Source of the DNA: Paramecium tetraurelia
Lineage: Eukaryota
NCBI GenBank assembly: GCA_000165425.1
Contig: CT868529.1
Coordinates: 310,001 to 374,000 of the forward strand
Direction of reading: 5' to 3'
Length of the DNA stretch: 64,000 nucleotides
The translations under genes and the position numbers were made by a program. This document shows, piece after piece, positions 25,888 to 40,800 of this stretch. Numbering within the stretch: the stretch's first letter is position 1; every line of letters begins with the position of its first letter. Below the pieces are notes generated by a model. It was not told where the DNA came from and made no database searches. It saw only the letters and a program-made list of their open reading frames with translations.

Positions 25888-28800
25888 TCAATTGTCGTTC
25901 TTCAGACTTGTTCGGTTTCTAAATGATCTTTAACTTAATCTGGGTGGTAGTTTCTTCCCTTATTATGGAATTTTGGGAGTAGATTATAATTTTTGTTTCT
26001 CTTATTAAGCCTATTCAAATTATTTAATCTCTCTTAATTTGCTATCAAAACAATCAACAGTCAATTAAGATTTTAATTTTTCGAGTTTGGTTCTTTTGAG
26101 TTGAATTCTTCTAATAGGGGTTTATCCAGTTTTGAGTAGTTCCTGCAATTCAATCATATAATTTGAATCTTCTTCAGGTATTAGCTTGCAAACACCTTTC
26201 CAAGATTCTAATGGTTGCAAATACTCTTTTAAAATCTATATATTTCTATGATTTAGTGCCTTGTTTATAACGTAAACTATCATTCTCATATAAAAATAGA
26301 CTCCTGCCTCAAAGCAGCTGCTCTTCATGCCATTAACCCAGAACTATTGTAAAGCATTGTATATTGAATTTATTAATCCAATATTAAACAAAATATTAGA
26401 TAGTGATTAAAAGGGAGCCTTTGCAAATAAAATGGTTAAAAACTTGGTAAAGAAGTACTAATAGCAATTATTTTGTTGACTATCAAAATACCAAATTATA
26501 AATATGTGCATAACAGTTTCATTTAGGTGTTTATAAATGTTTGATGTGCTTATTAACTAAGTATGTATGCTAAACAAATTGAACCCAAAAAAGTAAGTTT
26601 ATAACAAAAGCTATAATTAACACTTGTTCACAAATTTTGATGTTAATCTCATCTATTTATTTAATGCCACAATAGCCCTTGTTAAATTGTCAACATTAGC
26701 AAGGAAGATCGTTCTTAGCTATTCTCTTAACAATTAAAAGAGTTCAATATGATGGCTTTTATGATATATTAAATTAATGAGCTATCCACAACTTTCTCCA
26801 ATTTTTTACTATGAAACATTTTAATCTATAATGCTTGACAAGTATATTTCAAAGATTGAATTTAAGAAGTTCATACTCAATATTTGTTGAATGAGAATTT
26901 ATTCATTTAATTACTACAAATTAGTCTTATTTGGCTACTAAAAGTAATCTAGTATAGTTTTTAGTATTTCACTAAAAAAGCTTAGACAATTTTCCACAAC
27001 GCTTTAGTCTTATCGTTAAACAATCTTTGATTATTCAAATTTAATTTATGCTTGTTTGGATGGATATATAGTTATAAGTCTGCTGCTAGAAAAACCATCA
27101 TTCGACTAAATAGAATTCATAGCAGCATCATCATTTTCTGTTTTAAGTCTTCTTTAACTGGCTAAACCAAGTTTACTATTTTTAGGAGATTATCCAAATA
27201 TACTTATATTCCTACTTTTTAAATCGAGACTAATTTCTCCCTAGGAGCCATAGTTTGAGAATTTGGATTCATTGTATTAACTGTTCCCATATATAGACGG
27301 CAATTTAATAGAGCGACTGCTATTAGGTTAGCTATTAGTTTGACTTTAATTAGGTGAGGTTGACTAGAATATAAGTTTGGAGTTAGACATAGGCGATTTA
27401 CAAAGGCTACTGTTGACTTATGACATGCGAACTCTTGAAGTTCTCTTTAATTGTATATTATCAATTTAGATCTACAATTCATCTTAAATTTTTTATTCCA
27501 ATTACTATTTATATATTTAGTCTCTCTATTTGATAAAATCCATTAGGTTATCATAATCTTAAGACTTAAATTCTTCAAGCGTTAAATGCTCTTTTACTTT
27601 TGAGTTCACTTTCCAATTGTCATAATCTTTGGCATTTTACACCATCAAACTTTTCCCAGCCTAAAGTGATCCGAACAAAGATGTCAATTTAATTTTATTA
27701 TCTTCTGAAGTTTTTGACTTTGCAATTTTCTATTCTTTTTTACTCAATTCTTTCAGACATCTAATTATGAATATCTAGTATAAATAAGAAATTTACAAGG
27801 TTATCTCCCTTATATTATTGATCTAATAGTTTTTAATCATTCTCTTTTTCGAATAATATGTTCTATAACCACATAAACCAATCAGTAAAGAGTTAGTATT
27901 TCCAAATTTATTCAGTAAAAGCAGGGCCGAAATCATATTTGTTAAATTAGATCTAATGTATATCAATTAATAATCCCATGATTAATGGATTATATATATA
28001 ACTAGAAAATGCAAATAGTAATTAATTTTCTAAAATTAGAGCCATAGAACTTTTAGGAAAGGAAGATAAACAAGAATCTATAGTTAGAGCTAGATGATAC
28101 AAATTTAAATTTCTATTCTTATTTTAAAAAGATTCCGAAGTTTGCCTAACTAATTAATATTTATTAAACTTACAAAACTTCTATAAGAATGTTGGATTAT
28201 ATTGTTGCAGTTTTTCTAGATTTTATCTGTGATGAAACATTTAAGCAGTATTAAAAGATCTGACTGTGGCATAAAATTCAATTTTCTGATTTCTTATCTT
28301 ATTAGATAATCCATCATCAGTAATATCTACCATTGGATATTGATCTTTCTGAAATATTAAATTACACTACCCAACAATCATCTATTTATTACTCAATTGG
28401 ATTTAAGATAAAATCAATTAAGGCAAGTAAATTTTCTTCCCTAGAAACTATTTCGATTTATTATTATTCAAAAATTAATTATTTTTATGCAATCCACCTT
28501 TACAACAACTCTTCTTCATCAACTATGGATTATTTCTCGCTACTAGAATTCGAATTATGTTATTTATTTTATTAATGAAATTCACCATCATCTGAACTAC
28601 TGTCAGATGAATTTTACTCATATTATTTAGGTTTATTTTACTTTTCTATAAAAAGAGGTACTAAAATATTGTTTTAAGCACAATCTAAATTTATTAATTT
28701 ATATATATACAATGCTCGATGTCTTGATCAAAATCGACTACCCATTTTTAATCCTTCAATTCAGTTTGTTTTAATTCTTCGAATGTATTTATTAGTAATA

Positions 28801-29426
28801 TTATAAAATGGTGATCTCTAGTATTCACCACGAAATCCTTTATTATGAAAACTCTTTGTTTAATGTCTTAATTTAGAGTTTTTGCTAATACAAGGTACTT
28901 TTTAATATAGGAAGCTGCGAATTTCTTTGCCACTGTCAATTGCTCTATCACAGCCTTAGCAAATGGAATAGCACTTTATTTTAGCTACTCTTTTCTTATA
29001 TTCAGATTATTATAACTAATTTCTAATAATAATTGCTACTTTTGCTAAAGAACCCCTATCCTTAGAGATTGCGATCTCGTGCTTAGAAACACTCTTTATT
29101 CTTTCAACTAAGCTATCTCCAGTAATGTTTTTTCGAAAGCATTCAGAAATTCAATATCTTAAAAATAGTCAAAGATTGTGTTCATCAATAACTGTATTAC
29201 CTCCTACTGAAAGGGATAAGAACAAATCACTATTTAGTTTGCTAATGAATTCTTACTGTATTTTAAAATTTGCCAATTATTAAAAGTTTTAATCCTCATT
29301 ATCGCTCCTGCAACGAGTTTGATAGCATCGCTTATTTTTGTTAATCTTTGATATTCATCTTCTTCTCCAAGCTGTAATTTAGAATAAGAAATTCATTACC
29401 GCTTCTTCGAATAATAAATGGTTCAT
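25888..29426 (-). CDS. SAPS/PP6-regulatory-subunit-like large protein, copy B
   Basis: IVDEEELLQRWIAQKQ..REENLLALIDFILNP, YIYNPLIMGLLIDI, IWYFDSQQNNCYQ, GVYFYMRMI and LESW resemble SAPS-family blocks. Introns at 28349-28370 and 28685-28710 join the N-terminal extension. Confidence 0.7.
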
Positions 29427-29816
29427 CTCAATAATATGACAAAAATAGTTACTAAAATTATTTATTATCATTTAATCACAACTAGATAATTAATAAAAGT
29501 AACACAGAATCCTGATTAAATATTTCTTATATTTTTAGGATTGGATTTTAATAATAAAAAGAGGTGTTATGAGAATTCTTAAGTCAGGAGTATATTGGCA
29601 GATTATACTTTAAAATAAATAATCTAAATTATCTAATTATTTTAATCAAATGAAATTTTTATTTATTTCTTTGAAGTTGAGAAGATTTATTATTCCCACC
29701 TACTTTGAATTTATTTCATTAATTTGAATAAGCTAATTTATTGATGGATTTTTAAGAAATCTTTAGTCAAAATTAAATGGGTTCATAAATATGTATAAAA
29801 AATATAATTATCATAA

Positions 29817-30597
29817 ATGCAAATATCAAAAGCAATAATTTATGGAACGATCGCTACTTGGCTTGGCAGAAGATCAGATGAAAAGAAAACTCATTCATGG
29901 ATTTGTTATGTAAGAGGGGCTCATAATGAAGACTTATCCTATTTCATTGATAAAGTAGTATTTGTATTACATAGTTCATTTGAAAACACCAATAGAGGTA
30001 AAATATACAATTATATTTTAGTTGTCTCCCAACACCCATTTGTGATTGCAGAAACAGGTTGGGGTTAATTCGATATCATAATAAAAATATATTTGAAGGG
30101 CGATTATGATTAGCCCTTGGTTACAGTGCATCCATTAAAACTATATCAAAACTAAACACAAAATATTCCATTAACTAGGAAACCGGTTGTGAGTGAATAA
30201 TACGATGAAATTGTATTTATTAACCCAAAAGTAATCAATTACTCTTAACATAGCCTGAACTCTTAGAAATCTTAAATGCAAAGCCAACCTAAGAAAACAA
30301 CCAAGTAGAAGAGGAAGTTTAAGTAGATTAAAAAGAGCCTGATTTTGAACAGATGACTCCTGCATAAATATTGAAATATAATTAGCCGCATTTTACAATT
30401 TTTGATATAAATGAATCTAAGGTAACAATTGAAAAGGCCATCTAAATTGTAAGTCAAGACATATTAGCTGATTATAAAAAAAAAGTAAAGTATCATAAAT
30501 ATAAATAAATTAGAATCATCAATTAGATACAGAAATTTAAGAATTATAAATTGAATATGAAAATCTGTAAAATAAAGTAACCCAAACACAATAATGA
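29817..30597 (+). CDS. YAF9: YEATS domain protein (Yaf9/GAS41-like)
   Basis: IIYGTIA..THSWICYVRG..FIDKVVFVLHSSFEN..PFVIAETGWGQFDI, PVVSEQYDEIVF, C-terminal coiled coil. Confidence 0.9.
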
Positions 30598-30789
30598 GTT
30601 ATTTTTTTATATAATCATTCTGCTGATTATCATTACCTTATAAAAATAAATTTATTAAACTTATTGGCGCAAAATTAAAAACATTATTCTTATGGATTAT
30701 GGTAAGTAAATTTGCATTAACTTTTATTTCGAATTGATTAATTAAATTACTGGATAAAAGACTTGAAGGAAGATAATAATTTATTAAAA

Positions 30790-32059
30790 TCAAATATAAT
30801 GATTAACGTAGGAATCATTTTGGAAGAAAATACTTTCAGTTTTTTATTAGGATTGTATGTTAGAATTTCTCAGAGCTTGTGAAGTGATATTTTCTTTTAT
30901 TCTTTCAGTAATGTTATATTCAGTGGTCACTTGTTTCCTATTTTTTAATTCTTTTCTTTGCTTATTTATAATCGTCGATCTTGGTCTCGAATAGAAGGTT
31001 TTAGTGATTTATTGTATTCCTTAATTTATTTTGCTTTAAATTTCTTTATGGTTATTTGCTGGAGAATAGTATTCAAGTCTTTCATCCATACTGACAACTC
31101 GATTTGCAGATCTTTTATTAATAGACATCAACGATTAAGATCTGCTTAAGGCATTATCAATCAACCAATTGAAAGAGTGAACATTAAAGTTCATCTTACC
31201 TCCATAGGGTTTATTGAGAATGCCTTCTAGTTCTTTTCTTTTATCTTGAGCCCAAATGATTGGTTGTCTTTTTCCCTTACTCGATTCTACAATCATCATT
31301 CCCAAAAGTTTATTGGCCACTTTTAAAGTTAAAAACTTGCTAGATCCTTCATCATTTGTGTTTTAATTGATACTCTCTGAAAATTCACTGCTAAACAAAC
31401 TACATCAAATATAAGGATTTAATTACTCAAATTAAGAGTTTTTTTTTTATAATTGTTAATCTGAATTTGTTGAAGTCATCTTTTGTTTTTGTGGATTGGG
31501 TTGAATAATATTAGGTTGATTATCCAATTTTTAGAAGATTTCCTATTAAAACTCTGGAGGAAATTGCATAATACGTTTGTCATCCTTGTGGGCAATCCTG
31601 AATGCTTCAAATGTTTTCATTTAAGGATCTAAAAATGAAAATATTGTTACTCTCCTCATGTTATCTATCTTTAATGAACAATCTAATTTTTTTTTCGATA
31701 TAGTATTAAAGTTTTTTCAACACTTCTATTTCTTTAATTTTATTCAATTTTCCCCTCAATTCCAATCTTTCATTCATTTTTCTCTCAATATTTTTCTGCT
31801 TAAGCTTTTCTGAGATATAAAGAAACTCTTTAACCGATCTAATTTCATTGATATGTGAGTAATATTTGAGAGGTATTTTTGATTGAGATTCCATAGCCTT
31901 ATTGATCTTTTCCTATTTCTGTATGAATTCCTCTTTAGGTATAAAAGCTTCTGTTTCTTTTAATCTTTTAATGTAAATTTATTCTGCAGTTGTTCGATGA
32001 GGAATTTATATTTTAGTTGTAACTGCAGATTGCTTAGAATTAATAATTTATTTATCCAT
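30790..32059 (-). CDS. Hypothetical basic/coiled-coil protein
   Basis: ATG at 32059; joins ORF-track fragments 31706-31894 and 31135-31320 via Gln readings and introns; TGA at 30790-30792. Confidence 0.65.
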
Positions 32060-32097
32060 GGGGTTTTATAATATTTATTTTATTTATGATATGACTT

Positions 32098-33521
<1,424 letters not shown>

Positions 33522-33982
33522 TTAAAAAGATATTTTTAATCTATATAATTAAAATTAATGTATATTTATATCTCAATACTATTATTACGATAAGATCTTC
33601 CATCCTAAAAATAGATATTTTATATTTATTTTTAACTCTAGACTTTGTTTATTAATATTCCTAATAAATAAGTTCCTCCTATTTTCCTAGTTTCCTATCC
33701 CTTAAATATCATACATTTATATCAATAGTTATAATTGATGTGTTGTGCACTACCAAGTATATTTAATAAATTTAAAGATAACCCAATTTCAAATTTAAGC
33801 TTATTTTTACACCTTTTTTTCACAGTAAGGTGAAAACTCTACTAATGCAATCAAATTTTATGCAATTTTATACTTTTACTCAACAAATGTTAAAAAATTT
33901 GATACTTTTATACAAAATTTACTTTAATCATTTTTTTCTAAATATTGTTTTGTCAATATACAATTTCATTTATTTAAAAATA

Positions 33983-34656
33983 ATGGGTCTATTATTTATT
34001 ATATAGGATGAGGAATATTCACGAATAGGTCTTGACATTTTTTGCAGTTAATTTTATTAATTTATGAATTAATGTTTCAATAAGTTATTGGGATCGCTAG
34101 ATCACATGTACGAGGCTCTATTTCAAAAAATAATTGAAATATTTGCAAGAAGGGGGATCATTCGACCATTAATTAGAAGACCAACAGTCCCAGTCATAGA
34201 ACTCTAAACTATTGATCCTTCATTAAAATAGCCATTAGTTTTACACTCTTGTACATCAACGCCAGTGTTTGCTAAATGTGAGTCAATTTATCGCAGAGCA
34301 GAATCAGAGAAAGATTTCAGAAAATGCTTCATACCTAAGTATATTAGTTAATTAATTAAGTCTAGGTGATACTATAAATAAAGTGGACTCTTATTCGAGA
34401 GATGCAAGTTTGTTGAATTTATTTGATGATCAACAGGAGCAACACTAAAATTTGAATTAATAGGATAATCATCAAATTGGACACAGATTGCAAACTATAA
34501 TCGAGGAAAATAAAATTTAAAATAATAGTCACGAAGGATATCAAAGTCAAAATTAATCATAATAGTTCATAAGACAATAGTAATAGCCAAAAGATAGTAA
34601 TCCTCAAGAATAGGATCAAACTGAGTAGTTTTTTTCTATAATCGAAAATCCAATGA
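33983..34656 (+). CDS. Hypothetical protein with Gln/Asn-rich tail
   Basis: Open frame from ATG 33983 with one 22-nt intron near 34339-34360; TGA at 34654-34656. Confidence 0.6.
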
Positions 34657-34816
34657 AAATTACTTAAACTGAATAGTTTTATAGCATAATTGATAGAAGT
34701 TCTTTTAGAGTCAGCTTTAATAAATAATAATCTAAGAAATGATTCAATTAGTGTATATTTAAATAGTTTAATCAATTTATCCTTGATTATTAATGTGAAG
34801 ATTTATAATTCAATTA

Positions 34817-37800
34817 TCAAATATTTTATTATGAAATCTATTAATCTATCATTATCTAAAGTTTTTAAGTGAAACAATTATTTTAATTGAAAGTTTAAAA
34901 TATTGCTTAAGCCTAAATATTAGAGTTTCATAATTACATCCATTAAAATATTTACTCCATTAAAATCGAAAGCTGATAATGTAGTCACCTGCTTTAACAG
35001 TATCTCTGGATCATTACTTTGGCATAATTGAAAAATGTCGACATAAACTTATTAACTCTCATCCAACCCCTTGAGATATAAAAGAAGATTGATTTCTAGA
35101 TTTATCAGATCTTAATTATTCTACTCAAATATTTAGAGCAATTTTCTATTTTGAAGTAATAACCCTCTGATGACGGTGAAAATATTTAATCTGTTTAATC
35201 GAGGCAGTTCATTCATCCATGATATATACAAGACGTATTATTCCTATATCCAAGGTCTGAGAGCCCCTTATTTCATTAGAAAATGAGCCTTCAGGGGGTG
35301 TTTGTTCTATTTAAACCAATTCATTAATTCATCTTCCGCTGCTTCCAAGTGAAATATGATCGTGGACAATTACTCCAATTAAATAAAGCAGTCAGTTAAG
35401 ATCAGATGTATGTCTGGAATCTGATAATGAGTCTATCTCTGAAATGACTTGCTCACTATTCTGAATCCAATAAGTGCTTTTTCAGAAGCAGATATACTCC
35501 AGGTTAGTAATGTTTTGTTGGTGATTCCTTTACTAATCCCTTCATAAATTCCTATGGCAAAATTATACAGATTGATTTGAGAATTAATTCTATTACTTTC
35601 CTCAATGCTTAATTATTTGATCAGGAACAAATGATTTAACCTCTCCTTCAACTAATTTCTTTATTAAACATAAGTTTGTATCTTGAATAAATTTGAATTA
35701 TTACTTATAACTCATATGAGTTTCCTATCTATTCTTGCACAAGTTCCACTCCAATAGGAGATGAATAACACAAAAAGATCTAAGACAATACCTTAAATAG
35801 ATTCTGTTGAGTTTAAAAATTTCTAACTTAAAAGAAAAATGAAAGTATAGTTTGAATACTTGGCAGAATGATTTTATCATTTTGTATATTAGCTAGCACT
35901 TCTAAATAATTTATGATTGTTTCTTATATAAATTACTCATCAATTAAATGGTAATATAGATTATCAGAATCTTCTGTTAGTATCTCTAATTATTAAACAT
36001 CAAAAAGCATCTTGAAAATGGGCATGTTATTGTAAATTTTCTATCATAATGTATTGAATAATATATTTACATAATTAGCTTTATCAACATACAGCATAAA
36101 ATTAGATTTCATTTAAATAGTGTAAAGAAATGAGATTAGCTCTTCAAGCAATGGTTTTGCTTCTTCATAATCCTTCAAGTTTGTGTGATATCTTGCCAAA
36201 AGACTCTTTATTATTGAAGAATAAACAGTTACGTTTTCAAATTACATTTTAAGGAATCTAAATTATATTCAAACTTACATATCAATTTCTTCAAATGGAG
36301 CTTCGCCCTTAATCGATTTCTGTACTGATATGTACAATTAGTAAATATTCTTCAATTTGATTAAATGAGGATAAGTAGCAAATATTTTCAGATGATCTTC
36401 CAATATGTCAATATTGAAATCTGCATCTTAATGAAAAAACTAATTGTAAATTAGATATTTGAGATTTAAAATTTGTTGATTTAATGAGAAAGATCGAAGG
36501 TCTATTGTTCTTTTAAATAAACAATCATAGGGGTATAGATACTCAACCACATCTTAATTACATTCAAGTAAACTTATATGTAAGTCATCCACAAAAGATA
36601 GATGAGCATTTTAGAAAAGTTATGCGTCTAAATGAATTAATTTGACTGCTGTTTTAACTACTAATTGAACAATTTCCTTCTATCCTTTAGATATGTAAAA
36701 ATGGATTAATGCTAACACTACCAAAGAAGGCTTTACTTATTCTCCATATAAATCAAGTATATTTTTAAAGTATTACTCCTTTTCTTACATGCTATAATTT
36801 TGAGACACAAAGAAAAATGCACTCACTATTTAATTAATTTAGTTTGGCCTCACATTAGATTTCAATTCAAATAATGAATAAGGTCTTTATAATATTTGAA
36901 ATGCCTTCAAGCGATGCACATCATTTTAATGATCATATGATATTTATTGTAATGCTATTTCAGCTAAATATAAAAGATTGCTGGACTCACAACACATATT
37001 TTCGAAATGTTTCCTAGAAAATGTGAAACATAAAGATTAGAAATAGAATACTCTAAATTATAACAATCCTGTACTATGAAACCAAGAATTAGATTCTATT
37101 GATATTTCATTATGTAATGTCTTAAGTCTGACAATTAAACTGGTCTTTAAAAATTCATGGTTTAAATTAGATATATCCAAATTTTAGAGATTAATTGAAT
37201 TATCTAATGGTCTATAATTATCTAGATGTAATATTTGATGAATTGCTCTAATTTCGTATAATAAATAAGCTTGCTCCAATTTTTGCTATCCCACTATTTT
37301 GCTTAAGAATAGTCGATTTTCTAAAGATTATTCTATTGTGCTATAGGTTAATACTTATTTCCAATTGAATTAGAAATCGTTGGATGGTTCATAGTTTGAT
37401 GGAGTTAAATAAGTTTGTTCTATCCATTTATTCATTTTAACAACAATAAATTTACCAATTTGACAAGTCTTATTAGATTCCATGTATTCCATTGGCAATT
37501 CAGATTTCTACATCACTTTTAATTGGGAGCAGAAGTAATCATAAACTGGTGATTAAATTTAATGTTAAATGAAATCTATGCAATCATTTTAAAAAGTTTC
37601 TTTGCCCCCATCATACCAAACCAATAGTTGTAAATACTTATAAAAAAGTAACTAAGAACAATAATTGGGAGATTCATAAAATTCCTTTTGTAATTCAAAT
37701 GCATTTTCCTGATATTACTTTAGTGTAGCATCTAAAGTAGGAGATTATTAATCAAAGTTAAATTGACTTGGACTAAGATCCTAAGGTTCCTCAACCACTA

Positions 37801-40800
37801 ATTAGATTTTATGATCCTGATGAATTATTTCAGTTTAGATCTTCTGAATGTTTTCTAATAGTTATGCAGAATATAAAAAATTCTTATTAAAATATAAGTA
37901 GATAGAATGTAAAGCCTGCAATTATAAAGCGTACCTCTATAATTCTTTTTTAAGTTAACAAATGACTTTGATGTAGTTTGGATGCTTTCTTATTTTGTTT
38001 ATTAAAATCATTCTATCAGCAGCTTGTAAATCAATTTAGGATTTGGATCTGGTCTGTTTTCGTCTTAATAAGATTTTTTATTCAGTGGTGCTCAATTGTT
38101 CTAATTTGACATTTAAACTAAGCTATTTGATTAAATCATCAATATTGTCAATAGATCGAGTTAAGGAATGGTATAATTATTCCATTTCAAATTAAAAGTT
38201 TTTTCTCATCTACAGTAGAGTGGCTAGTTTAATATAGATTATCAACAAAATATTTTGTAATAGTTTAATTTCAGATTATTTAGAGATGATTCTATTTTGA
38301 TTAACTATTAAATAAGTGAGAAACGAGTCTAAGAATTCTTAGTTTTCTTCAAACTTTTTTTACATTAAAAATTTTTCAATAATAATAATTTCAGAGAGGG
38401 TTTCTTCATATTTTTTCATACGAAAATTTAAGTTTATTTAATGGGTTGCTAATGCCAACTATCCAAGAATAGTATCTTCTTGTTTTATTGATTTATGTCG
38501 ATCGTCTTGATTGATATTATACTCCATAAAAGAGTGCTTGCTAATCAATTTCTCAATTATTTCATCAATAGTCGGTGATTCATATATCATTATCATTAAG
38601 ATTGGCCGTAAGGAATGCAGAGTATATAGTTCTTAGTAGCCTTTTACTGCATTTTCGACTGGATGCAACAGGATCATTTCAATTACTACTTATGCTAAAT
38701 TGATTAGGTCATTTTCTTCTTTGTTTGATTACAATAAGACGTAACTCCTACCATAAAGATAGTAATTATTAATATTTAGATTTCCATGACTCTATTATTT
38801 TATTAGAATCAAGTTCGCATGTAAAAATTCATGCAAATCAGTCAAAGAGTATTCTAAACTATAGAGTGATCTATATTTTATGATTTACTTTAAGGTGTAC
38901 TATGACAATATCTCATACTTAAATATACAGTAACCTTTAATATAGAAATCATCAATTTAATCAACAATATTGGATAGTCTGATTTAAGGATATGCTTTTA
39001 CATAAAATACACCAGAGTTAATATTGCAATCAACATTCATTTTTAATTGTTATTCATGTCGAATCTATAAAAATTAGATTAAACATTATTTGTTTTTTTT
39101 ATCAGTGCAAATCCAAACAGTTTCACTCAATTGTCTTTATAATTTAATGGATTCAATAGGAAACATCTCCTCTTCCAAATATTGCATCATGATTTCTTGC
39201 AATTTTTGATATTAATAGTCGAATACATAAGTATCTCTGAATCTATCCACAATGTGAATGTAAACTTCAGATTTCTTTTTGTTTTTGTAATAATCCATCA
39301 TATTTAATTCTCTTGAACATAAAGGAACTTCAAATTGATCTTTGGAACTAGATATAAAATATATTTTTACGTCATCCCTAAAGACCAAAAGGCTTTGATA
39401 AATGAATCCAAAGAAATCTATTCCAATTTATGAGGATCACCTAAAGCAGATTCTATTTGATCTTGCAAACCAGAATCTCCTTTTAGCTTGTCAATCAACT
39501 TTGTCTTAAAAAAGAAGTCTTTGACCATGCTCAATGATCTTGTTTTCACATTTGATTTACGGTATTGACTAAACCAAATGCCTTTCATTTTTATTATAAC
39601 TACTTTTGTACTGTCTAGCCAAACATGCTTATTCACATATGTATCGAATTTCTTCTATAATGCTTCCAACTCCTGAATTTCCTCTAGTCTTTTGCTCTTT
39701 GGATCAAGCATTTTGAATTGTTTTCTAAATTTACTTTTAGCCTTTTCTTTGTATTACTCAATGACTTTTTTCTCATTTCTTTTAAACACAATTAATTTTC
39801 TTAATTCTAATTGTCTCAACACTGATGTCTTCCTTTTAATGTATAAACATCTTTAAGATACTCTTAATTCACACCAAGTGATTCTGTGTTGATTTAACAA
39901 CTATTTTTAATATAGAAAATGCACTGATTTTAGAAATTTCTTAGGGAAATGTCTTTTCCAAGATTTGATTTCAAATGCCCAATTAAACTTTCTCTTTATG
40001 AAGTAATTTAACATAACTTGATCAGACATAACTTATTCTTTTAACATGTCTCTTTATTTCAATTCATTCATCTTCTGTTTTAGCATTTATTTCTCTTAAG
40101 TAACAACAGGCTTTTTAGACTTATCATTTACTACTTACTTTTTAGTTGTCTATTCTTTTTTGAAATCTGTTTTGCATAAGAATTTCATTTAATTTAAATC
40201 ATAATGACTTTCTAGATCATCTTCTGAACTTACAGTTTCAAAATCTCCACATTGTTGATCATAAACACTTGAAAATATTTTAAAAATTGGAAATCTTTTT
40301 AAAACATCTTATTTTGATTACTATCCACTTGATTAATTCTTGGAAAACTATTCAATTGTATTTTTTATTAGATATTTCTATCTATTTATAAATAGACCCA
40401 ATTCATAAGGAATCTAACCAAATGTTCCATTCATTATGAAGTTCATAAAAAAATTAAAAATCAGAAACATCAAATACACCATCAAAATCTCATAGCCATA
40501 CTTTCTATTATATTCCATAGTCATTTGACCGGTGTTTGTTAAAATGCAAACATAATTAATCAGTTCTAATATTTTATTCCAAACACCTAGTGATGAATTA
40601 TTTTGAGGCCAAGGTCTTTACAAGAAATACACAAACTTTGCTTTGTCAGCCTGCATCTATGCGATGTTTTACACCCATAAAAGAAAGAAGCTAAATGGAA
40701 AACTATAGCCAAATATTGAGAGAAGTGTGTTCTACAAAAATATCTCCATATAATCTTCTAAAGTTCCATATCTTTCTTGACTGATTGCATAGGATCTACG

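Noticed and set aside
4884..30597. Apparent clustering of chromatin/nuclear genes (Dpy-30, HPC2-like, TERT, YEATS)
   Set aside because: They are interspersed with unrelated housekeeping genes; there is no evidence of functional clustering.
34557..34816. In-frame extension of the anoctamin gene to a TGA at 34557
   Set aside because: It would overlap the convergent plus-strand gene ending at 34656. A 25-nt intron giving a stop at 34817 is more parsimonious, though untested.
35060..35072. CAACCCC, resembling the ciliate telomerase RNA template or a telomeric repeat
   Set aside because: Single copy inside the anoctamin CDS (antisense of KGLD), with no upstream TGTCA element and no repeat tract.
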